A model generated the notes under the pieces. That model had not been told where the DNA came from and ran no database searches. It saw only the letters and a list, made by a program, of their open reading frames with translations. From an uncultured Candidatus Saccharibacteria bacterium (GTDB lineage: Bacteria > Patescibacteriota > Saccharimonadia > Saccharimonadales > UBA10212), in NCBI GenBank assembly GCA_964460855.1, contig CAYWQH010000001.1, forward strand, positions 59,868 to 123,867: DNA of 64,000 bases, read 5' to 3'. Each line of letters opens with the position of its first letter. The first letter of the stretch is position 1. Of this stretch, positions 45,586-52,989 are shown in pieces. The position numbers and the translations under genes were made by a program.

Positions 45586-45660
45586 CGCGGGGTAGAGCAG
45601 TGGCAGCTCGTGTGGCTCATAACCACAAGGTCGCCGGTTCGAGTCCGGCCCCCGCTACCA
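45586..45660 (+). tRNA. Initiator tRNA-fMet (anticodon CAU), CCA encoded
   Basis: CGCGGGG/TA/GAGC-AGTGGCA-GCTC/G/TGTGG-CTCATAA-CCACA/AGGTC/GCCGG-TTCGAGT-CCGGC/CCCCGCT/A/CCA. Has a C1:U72 mismatch and a CGCGGGG start as in bacterial initiators. Confidence 0.85.
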
Positions 45661-45662
45661 AG

Positions 45663-45695
45663 AAAAAACGTCCATCACAATATGGACGTTTTTTC
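45663..45695 (+). terminator. Rho-independent terminator after tRNA-fMet
   Basis: AACGTCCAT-cacaat-ATGGACGTT followed by TTTT. Confidence 0.8.
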
Positions 45696-45700
45696 TTTGT

Positions 45701-46162
45701 TTAGATAATTTCTTCTATATATTCGTGTTCGATATCGTTGCTTTGTTTTTTGAAGTTTGCGTACTGCAATTTGCTTGGCGTAATTTTAAGTGGAATATAT
45801 TCGCCCTTATGCACTTTCATTAGCGGCGGAGCCCAGTTAATATCGTCTTTTGGCTGGATATCTACAAGATCTGTAAAGATTATATCTTTGTAGTCTTCAA
45901 CTGGCACTTTGGATATTTTACCTACAAGTTGCACCGTAGTTTGGTTATCTTCGTCTGCCACAGTAAGGGCGGCATATGGTTTTTCGTCTAAATTCTGGTA
46001 CTTAAAAGTCTTCATACGGGTAATAAAGAAAATATTAAAGTCTTCGTCAACAACAAAATAAATTGCCGACCCCCAGGGTTTATTACTTTTTGTAACAGTA
46101 GATAAAACACCCATGTGGTGAGTTTTAAGGAAATCGTATACGTGCTGTTGATTTGCTTTCAT
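45701..46162 (-). CDS. Pyridoxamine 5'-phosphate oxidase-like (FMN-binding split barrel) family protein
   Basis: ..HHMGVLSTVTKSNKPWGSAIYFVVDEDFNIFFITRMKTFKYQNL pattern. Paralogous to 60202-60681. Confidence 0.7.
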   Translation of the reverse strand: MKANQQHVYDFLKTHHMGVLSTVTKSNKPWGSAIYFVVDEDFNIFFITRMKTFKYQNLDEKPYAALTVADEDNQTTVQLVGKISKVPVEDYKDIIFTDLVDIQPKDDINWAPPLMKVHKGEYIPLKITPSKLQYANFKKQSNDIEHEYIEEII

Positions 46163-46236
46163 AAATCAAGAATAGCACAGGCGTTGTTTCTATTATGTTT
46201 CTGTCCGATTGCGGTCCGTGCTAATGAAATATATAG

Positions 46237-46476
46237 CTAATCTTCAAAATTACTTGGGCGCAAAAGCTGGCTGGATATTGCCGCGTTGCCCATCCGGTCA
46301 ATCCTATCCATGTTTCTAATAACTCTTATTGAGCCATCGATCTCATGACTTTTCATGCCGCTGACTATTATTAATGCGGCCAACTCTTCGTCTCCATCTA
46401 ATGAGAGTAATTGTTTTTGTGGAGAAAGCGGCCCCTCAGGAGTATGTGGGGGTTGGCTTTCTGCTGACATCTCCAT
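46237..46476 (-). CDS. Hypothetical small protein
   Basis: 79-aa ORF overlapping the dus 3' end by 41 nt. Weak support. Confidence 0.3.
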   Translation of the reverse strand: MEMSAESQPPHTPEGPLSPQKQLLSLDGDEELAALIIVSGMKSHEIDGSIRVIRNMDRIDRMGNAAISSQLLRPSNFED

Positions 46477-47446
46477 CTGTTATACGCCGCTTGGCCAGCT
46501 TTGTCAAAAGCTTTAGCAATTCGTCCGTGGTTTGGGCCTGCATTAATTCCTGGCGGAACTCGCCGGCGCCTTCGAAGTCATTTATATATAGCTTGCAGAA
46601 CTTATTGAGTGTCACGACTTTGCGCTCGTTGTTCTGCCAGGTTTCGGCAAATAGTTTTATATGCCGGGCATAAAGCTCCATCTTTTGGGCCGGCGAATAT
46701 TCTTGCCAATGTGACGGATTTTTAGAAAAAGCGAATGGGTCTTTAAGTACGCCGCGGCCAATCATTACTCCGTCCAATCCATATCTTTCAGCCAGCTCCT
46801 GACCGTGCTGGCGGTTAGCTACGTCGCCATTGCAAACTATTAATGTCCGGGGCGAAAGCTTGTCGCGCAGTTCGCGGATTTGGCCGGCCAGTTCCCAATG
46901 GGCCGTAACGGCGCTCATTTCTTTTTTGGTCCGCAAATGTACGGTCAGCATATCCAGGTCCTGGCCAAGTAAAAATTCGACCCAGTTTAAATCTATTTCA
47001 TTAAAACCAATGCGGGTTTTTACGCTTACCGGCACCCTGCCTTTAGAACCAATTTTAACCGCATCGATAATTTCTTTAGCGAGCGGCTGATTATTAATTA
47101 AAGCTGCGCAGCAGCCGTTTTTTAAAATCGACTTATCTGGGCAGCCCATATTTATATCAGTGCCGTCAAAGCCCATTTTAACCAATTGTTTTGCGACTTT
47201 CTCGTAATTATCAGGAGTTTTACCCCATATCTGGGCAATTATTGGCTTCTCAGCCGGACCAAACTTCAGTTTGGGCATTAACCGGTCCCGGCCGGCGCTG
47301 CTTAAGCCATCGACGTTAACGAACTCCGTAAAATACAAATCGGCCGGCGCGCAGCCGGCTACCATTTGCCTAAAGACGGTGTCGGTTACATCGTCCATCG
47401 GCGCCAATACAAAAAAAGGTTTTCTTAACCTCTCGAGAAAATTCAT
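46436..47446 (-). CDS. tRNA-dihydrouridine synthase
   Basis: FVLAPMDDVTDTVFRQ N-terminus, TIM-barrel Dus motifs (DINMGCP, catalytic Cys region). Confidence 0.9.
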   Translation of the reverse strand: MNFLERLRKPFFVLAPMDDVTDTVFRQMVAGCAPADLYFTEFVNVDGLSSAGRDRLMPKLKFGPAEKPIIAQIWGKTPDNYEKVAKQLVKMGFDGTDINMGCPDKSILKNGCCAALINNQPLAKEIIDAVKIGSKGRVPVSVKTRIGFNEIDLNWVEFLLGQDLDMLTVHLRTKKEMSAVTAHWELAGQIRELRDKLSPRTLIVCNGDVANRQHGQELAERYGLDGVMIGRGVLKDPFAFSKNPSHWQEYSPAQKMELYARHIKLFAETWQNNERKVVTLNKFCKLYINDFEGAGEFRQELMQAQTTDELLKLLTKLAKRRITDGDVSRKPTPTYS

Positions 47447-47466
47447 TGCTATATTGTATCTCTTAA

Positions 47467-47712
47467 TTAAGAAGGCTTGTCGGAATCGCGGTGTTCAGCT
47501 AAAAAGCGCTTTGATGCTTCACTTGCCATTTTGAGCTGTTGAGCTGTAGCTTGATCAAAATTCATTTGGTCTGGATTTTTCTCTGGAGTCATTTCTTTAT
47601 GTTCTTTAGATAGTTGCTCCCGAGTAACTTCACCATGGTTTACCGGCGGTTGATCACCAGTGCCTTCGGGCATCGGTATATATAATTGTTCGTTTGACAT
47701 ACAACTATACAA
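47467..47712 (-). CDS. Hypothetical small acidic protein
   Basis: 81-aa ORF, no motif. Confidence 0.35.
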   Translation of the reverse strand: MYSCMSNEQLYIPMPEGTGDQPPVNHGEVTREQLSKEHKEMTPEKNPDQMNFDQATAQQLKMASEASKRFLAEHRDSDKPS

Positions 47713-47756
47713 ACATAATCAAGGTTAGCATACAAGTATCATAGTTATGTTTAAAT

Positions 47757-48338
47757 TTAAATTCTTTGCTTTAGCGCAAGTTTAATGCGTTCTTCAGCTG
47801 ATAACTTGGGGTCGATACTGGCCAGGGCATGTGCGGCGTCATTAGCCGTAAAGCCTAACGCGATTAAGCCTTGCAGGGCTTCGTCGTCGCTTTGGATGGC
47901 GCCCGATGCCAAAAAATCAGTGGCGTGCTCGCTGGTAACCAATCCGACTTTGTCTTTAAGGTCAACAACAATGCGCTCGGCAACCCGGCGGCCGACGCCG
48001 CTGGCCCGGGAAATGTACTTAATGTCGCCGGCGGCGATTGCTGAGCGTACGGAATCCATACTGCCGATGCTCATAATACTCATGGCCATTTTTGGCCCTA
48101 CTCCATTTACTCCAAGCAATTGCTCAAATAATCCGCGGGCTTCCAGTTTTATAAAACCAAACAGGTCAAAATTATTTTCGCGGATGTGCTCGTAAATATA
48201 AAGCTTGGCTGGTTGGCCGGATTTAAGCGCGCCATGGTCTTCGGCAGTTACCAGTACGCCGTAGCCTACCCCTTGGCAATCTATAATTACCTGGTCGGTT
48301 AGTTTTTCGGCAACCTCGCCCCTAAGCTGGACAATCAT
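47757..48338 (-). CDS. ruvA: Holliday junction DNA helicase subunit RuvA
   Basis: MIVQLRGEV.., tandem HhH (LLGVNGVGPKMAMSI / ISRASGVGRRVAERI), C-terminal domain III. Confidence 0.95.
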   Translation of the reverse strand: MIVQLRGEVAEKLTDQVIIDCQGVGYGVLVTAEDHGALKSGQPAKLYIYEHIRENNFDLFGFIKLEARGLFEQLLGVNGVGPKMAMSIMSIGSMDSVRSAIAAGDIKYISRASGVGRRVAERIVVDLKDKVGLVTSEHATDFLASGAIQSDDEALQGLIALGFTANDAAHALASIDPKLSAEERIKLALKQRI

Positions 48339-48343
48339 AGGTG

Positions 48344-48838
48344 TTATTTTACACGAATGTGAGACATATGGTGCAGGGCGGCGGCTAAGGCGTCGGCGCA
48401 GTCGTCGGGTTTGGGCACTTCGTCGAGCCGAAGCATTGTTTTAACCATTTGCTGCATTTGGCTTTTTTCGGCCCGGCCGTAACCGGTTATGCCCTGCTTA
48501 ATTTGCAGCGGCGTATACTCAACAATTTCGAGCCCGCCTTTTTTGCCGGTCATCATGGCAACGCCGCGGGCGTGGCTGACGCTCATGGCAGTTGTGACAT
48601 TCTGGGCAAAGAAAAGTTTCTCGATAACCATTACACTTGGCTTGGTGTCTAAAATAATTTGCTTAAGTGAATCGTGGATTTCTACCAAGCTGTCGGCCAG
48701 CGGGTTATTGCGCGGCGTTTTTATTACGCCGGCATCAACCATAGTCGCTTGGCCGTTAGGCAAAGCGTCAATAACGCCAAAACCCAAAATACCCGTTCCC
48801 GGGTCAATGCCAATTATTCGCACTACGGGTCCTGACAT
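48344..48838 (-). CDS. ruvC: Holliday junction resolvase RuvC
   Basis: IIGIDPGTGILGFGVI, ..VIEKLFF.., ..DCADALAAAL. Confidence 0.95.
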   Translation of the reverse strand: MSGPVVRIIGIDPGTGILGFGVIDALPNGQATMVDAGVIKTPRNNPLADSLVEIHDSLKQIILDTKPSVMVIEKLFFAQNVTTAMSVSHARGVAMMTGKKGGLEIVEYTPLQIKQGITGYGRAEKSQMQQMVKTMLRLDEVPKPDDCADALAAALHHMSHIRVK

Positions 48839-49157
48839 ATATTAAGTACGGTGTAACTAAGACGGCAATCCAAATTAAAGTATTTAAGGCAAAACGATTA
48901 CGAGCCCAATACTCTGATTTAATGTCGACTCCGGCAATTCCGCCGGTTTGACGCATTTCTCCCTTGAATGCTATTGGAAAGCCTCTATCTAAATTAATAG
49001 AATTCGAAAATGAGTCAAAGGCACACGGGTTATTATCACACCATTCCGTATGAGTTTTAATGCCCCTAATATTTAACGTTCCGGAACCATAAGATAGCAG
49101 GATTGCGCATACTACCAGAGCTCCCGCAATTATCCAGGTAATTCTTGAATATATCAT
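48804..49157 (-). CDS. Hypothetical membrane protein
   Basis: 117-aa ORF with TM helices at both ends. Overlaps the ruvC start by 35 nt. Confidence 0.35.
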   Translation of the reverse strand: MIYSRITWIIAGALVVCAILLSYGSGTLNIRGIKTHTEWCDNNPCAFDSFSNSINLDRGFPIAFKGEMRQTGGIAGVDIKSEYWARNRFALNTLIWIAVLVTPYLIYVRTRSANNWH

Positions 49158-49573
49158 TTAGCCGTCTTTTTGCCGGTCTGAGGCTTTGCCGTTTTCATTC
49201 GTAAATATACAAAAAATAGAATGTTAATTGCTAGCCAAAGCAAGATATCCAAATCTAATGCGTTGCTATTATTGTCTACAAATTCTGTCGTAGTAGGTGC
49301 CGGTGGGATATTATTGTTTTGAAAATTGGGCGCGGTATAAAATATTGGTTCTGTCTTAATTACACTGATCCAAGTATATGGTAAGCCGATGTCTGCCGAA
49401 TATATCGCATATCTATCTGCGCATCGGTCACCACAAACCATAGCACCTGAAGTTAATTCGCTATTTTCCGTGTTAGTATGCTGGTAATTCCTTGGAGCAA
49501 ATAGCAATCCTAAGAGCAACAAAAAACTAAGAATTATTAATTTGTAATGCCGCTTGATAAGCTGCTTATTCAT
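49154..49573 (-). CDS. Hypothetical membrane protein
   Basis: 139-aa ORF with TM helices at both ends. ATGA overlap with the downstream ORF. Confidence 0.4.
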   Translation of the reverse strand: MNKQLIKRHYKLIILSFLLLLGLLFAPRNYQHTNTENSELTSGAMVCGDRCADRYAIYSADIGLPYTWISVIKTEPIFYTAPNFQNNNIPPAPTTTEFVDNNSNALDLDILLWLAINILFFVYLRMKTAKPQTGKKTAK

Positions 49574-49590
49574 AAGCTGATAATAGCACG

Positions 49591-50316
49591 CTATACTGCT
49601 ATGTTGTCGGCGATGTCGAAGTTGGTATAAGTATTTGTAACGTCATCTAAATCATCGAGCCGCTCCATGAGGTTCATAATTTTGCGGGCCGTGTTATCGT
49701 CGGAAATTTCGATTGTATTGTTAGGCTCGAACGTTAATTCGGCTTCGATAATTTCTACGCCCTGCTCGGCTAAAGCTTTGCGGACTTTGGCCAGGTCGGT
49801 CGGTGCTGTATAAACAATGATCTCCCCGTCTGACTCAATCGCGTCTTCGGCGCCGGCATCTAAAATCTGCATCAGCAGATCCTCGCCGCTGCCCTTAACC
49901 CTAATCATGCCTTTGCGGCTAAATTGGAATGCCACGCTGCCGGTTTCGGCAATGCTACCGCCGCTTTTACTAAATGCCGTACGGACATCCGGGTAAGTAC
50001 GGTTTTTATTGTCGGTAGCGCACTCCACTAATACGGCTACGCCGCCAGGTCCGTAACCTTCGTACACAATTTCTTCCAGCTGGGCTGCCGACTTATCGGC
50101 GACGCGCTGAATCGCCCTATCAATATTGCTGGTGGGCATATTGGCAGCTTTGGCTTTTTCGATGGCCATGGCCAATGACGAATTAGTAGCCGGGTCGGTG
50201 CCGCTGCGGGCGGCAATCGCCAATTGGTTGCCTAATTTGGTGAACAAGGCGCCGCGTTTAGCATCATTTACGCCTTTTTGGCGTTTGATTGTCGCCCATT
50301 TACTATGTCCTGACAT
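49591..50316 (-). CDS. yebC: YebC/PmpR family DNA-binding transcriptional regulator
   Basis: MSGHSKWATIKRQKGVNDAKRG N-terminus. 241 aa, full length. Confidence 0.95.
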   Translation of the reverse strand: MSGHSKWATIKRQKGVNDAKRGALFTKLGNQLAIAARSGTDPATNSSLAMAIEKAKAANMPTSNIDRAIQRVADKSAAQLEEIVYEGYGPGGVAVLVECATDNKNRTYPDVRTAFSKSGGSIAETGSVAFQFSRKGMIRVKGSGEDLLMQILDAGAEDAIESDGEIIVYTAPTDLAKVRKALAEQGVEIIEAELTFEPNNTIEISDDNTARKIMNLMERLDDLDDVTNTYTNFDIADNIAV

Positions 50317-50368
50317 ACCCTTATTATATCTGTTTTACCAGATGAAAGCTAAGGTTCTAGTTGCTGGT

Positions 50369-51442
50369 TTAGTAGTTGTAGCCAGGCGAAACGTAGTTGT
50401 AGCCAGCCACGCCGACCGGAACGAAGTCGCCACCCGCAGGGCTTCCCGGCAATATTTTTCCGATAATTCGGGCAGTGGCCGGCCATGATATAGATCCGTC
50501 TGAATTTTTAATGGCCCGGTTTCCAACAACCGGATCGACGTTGCTTGGTTTAACGGCTGCAATTAACGGTTCTGTAGTTCCATTGCCTAACTTTTGAGGC
50601 TGCAGGTAAACATTGGTTAAATAAAGCGCGTTGCGGTTATCTGCCCGCCAAAGCAATTGTGCATAGTGGGTGCCGGGGATCGGCGTGCCCCGTACATTAG
50701 TATTTCTGATATAAACCGGGTAGTTTTGGTTGGCTGCTGCTCCGCCTGTCCAGTGCGCAAAGAATAAAGCCTGGTAATCGGTTTGGATTGTAGCCCTGTC
50801 GACGCGGACCTGGTGAGCGCCGGGTGCTATGCCTGGATAGACATAAACGCCGTCGGGGTGGTCGTCGCTAAAGTTAACTTCGTCGCGGGCATTGATGCCT
50901 TCGACGCGAATATTTTCATATGTAACTGTAGCGCTGGAGCCGGAATATTCGGCAAAATCGAGCACGTCGCCGTGGCACCAAAAGCCTTCGACATGGTTCC
51001 AGCTCCGTATGTCATTGAAAGATAAGCAGCGCCGTATTTTATGGTCATAAACCAATGGCTGCTGCGGGATTTTACACTCTCCGCCGATAATTTTGGCCAT
51101 TCGCACATGGTTAACACTCAAGCAGCCGACTCCGGGCTTTGGAGTAACAGCGGTTTTCGGAAAAACGAATACGTAGTCTTTAGAAGGGTCACCGAAAAAT
51201 TCCAGCCCGGTTTTAGGCACATTAACGGTAATAGTGCTGGTTGTTGTAGGCCACGGCGCCCAGGCGAGCCTTGGAACTGTAGCCGCATGGCTGTTAGTAA
51301 TTAAATAAGTGCCGAGGGCCGCAAAAACGGTGGTGAATAAGGCTATTAAAAGCCAACTCAGGCGGTTGCCATAATTTAATTTTTGGCTTTTTGGGGCTGT
51401 TTTCTTTTTGGTGTGCGTATTTTTCTTTTTCATTTTGGTCAT
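50369..51442 (-). CDS. Secreted protein, paralogue of the central module of the 857-aa tail-fibre-like protein
   Basis: Lys-rich N-terminus plus a signal anchor ending in SHAAT. Colinear motif matches to 27658-30231 (see findings). Confidence 0.55.
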   Translation of the reverse strand: MTKMKKKNTHTKKKTAPKSQKLNYGNRLSWLLIALFTTVFAALGTYLITNSHAATVPRLAWAPWPTTTSTITVNVPKTGLEFFGDPSKDYVFVFPKTAVTPKPGVGCLSVNHVRMAKIIGGECKIPQQPLVYDHKIRRCLSFNDIRSWNHVEGFWCHGDVLDFAEYSGSSATVTYENIRVEGINARDEVNFSDDHPDGVYVYPGIAPGAHQVRVDRATIQTDYQALFFAHWTGGAAANQNYPVYIRNTNVRGTPIPGTHYAQLLWRADNRNALYLTNVYLQPQKLGNGTTEPLIAAVKPSNVDPVVGNRAIKNSDGSISWPATARIIGKILPGSPAGGDFVPVGVAGYNYVSPGYNY

Positions 51443-51478
51443 ATTTTTATTATTTTATTTTTAACTCTTAAGCTAAGG

Positions 51479-52933
51479 CTATTCTTCTCTTGGGTAATTG
51501 TCAACTTTTGGACGCCCGCGGCGATGCAGAATTAACACTGGCGCCGCAAGCAAACTATATAGCGCAGCCATGTAAGCCGCGCTGATTTTTACTGTTACCG
51601 CCGGGGCGGCGTTAGCTAAAACCGTTACCGCTTTTAATATATAGCCGCCAATCAGCCACTTTGCCGGCAAGGCCAGCCAGCCGCTGTATGCCGGCAATAA
51701 CCAACCTGCTATACCGGCAATTAACGCGCAGAGCATAGCCAATGGAATTAGCGGAACCACTAATACATTTGCTGCCAAAGATAATAAGCCGAATTTGCCA
51801 AATACGAACATTATTAACGGGGCTGTCATTAACGTAGCGCAAAAAGTTTCCAGGGCGATGCCCAGCACTACGCCCGGTTCGCGGCTGCCAAAGTACCGGG
51901 TTTTTACGGCCGGGGCTAAAATTAATATCCCGGCAAAAGCTAAGAAGGATAAATACCAGCCAATATCCGACCAAATGTATTGCGGATTCCATAGCGCGGT
52001 TAAAGCCGCGGCAAATAAAATTAATACCAGCGGCCTGATGGCGCGCCCGTAATACCAGCAGGCCAGCACCAGGCCGGACACCAAAGCCGCCCGGACGATA
52101 GAAGCGCTAAGCCCGGTTAGCTCAATAAACAGTACGATCAATATTAAACTGGCCGCCAATGTTTGGTAGCGCGAGCGGAACAACCGGCTACGGCGCACGG
52201 CATTAACTAAAATCGTTAAGTTATATCCCGATACAGCAATTATATGCGTCAGCCCCACGACACTTAAAGCGGCAAGCAGGTCGGGCGGCAAGGTGCTACG
52301 CTGCCCGACCAATAAACCCATGGCAAACGAGGCTTGGGGTTCGGGCAGGGCCGTTAACATACCGGCCGTAAACTTACGGCGGGCGGAGTCCAGCAAATTA
52401 CTGCCGGCGGCCAGGCGGCTTATTTGGGCAAAACTCAGTCGAGGCTGGCCGTGGCTCAGGTATATTTTTCCGCTGACTTCCACGTTATCGCCGCGGTACA
52501 CCATTGGCTCGCCAAAGCCGCTAACCGCCAAATTTCCTAATAAATGCTCCCCGCCTGGCTGCAATTGAAGATTGCCTAAAGTAAAAGCCAGCTGGCTTTT
52601 GTTGCCATAAACCGAGTCGGCCAACACGCTGCCATGGATAGTTACTTGATGCCCGGCTAAACTTTGCAGCTGGTTTAATTTTAAAAATTGCTGCTGGCCG
52701 CGGTATAAGGCGATAGTAAAACTAAGAATTATAAGGCCGGCAATGAACAGGCGGGGATTGGTTTTAAAAGATAAGATCGTTATCACCGCAGCGGTGAAGG
52801 CCGGCCAATAGTTTAGGTAAGGCAGCTTGCGGGCAGCCACCAAACCAATCAATATTGCCAGGCAGCAAAGCAACACCACGTTAGTCCGCCTTGGCAGCCA
52901 ATTGTCCCGCTCCACAGCCAAATCATGCCACAA
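51479..52933 (-). CDS. comEC: DNA internalisation-related competence protein ComEC/Rec2 (membrane domains only, no C-terminal beta-lactamase domain)
   Basis: 484 aa. N-terminal OB-like region followed by a polytopic competence domain with LTHIIAVSGYNLTIL. Confidence 0.85.
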   Translation of the reverse strand: MWHDLAVERDNWLPRRTNVVLLCCLAILIGLVAARKLPYLNYWPAFTAAVITILSFKTNPRLFIAGLIILSFTIALYRGQQQFLKLNQLQSLAGHQVTIHGSVLADSVYGNKSQLAFTLGNLQLQPGGEHLLGNLAVSGFGEPMVYRGDNVEVSGKIYLSHGQPRLSFAQISRLAAGSNLLDSARRKFTAGMLTALPEPQASFAMGLLVGQRSTLPPDLLAALSVVGLTHIIAVSGYNLTILVNAVRRSRLFRSRYQTLAASLILIVLFIELTGLSASIVRAALVSGLVLACWYYGRAIRPLVLILFAAALTALWNPQYIWSDIGWYLSFLAFAGILILAPAVKTRYFGSREPGVVLGIALETFCATLMTAPLIMFVFGKFGLLSLAANVLVVPLIPLAMLCALIAGIAGWLLPAYSGWLALPAKWLIGGYILKAVTVLANAAPAVTVKISAAYMAALYSLLAAPVLILHRRGRPKVDNYPREE

Positions 52934-52989
52934 GCCTGCCTAAAAAATAATTGCTTATGGCGATTTAAGTATTGTAAAAAATTACAAGC

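Noticed and set aside
45507-45704. A 65-aa ORF.
   Set aside because: It runs straight through the initiator tRNA gene and its terminator.
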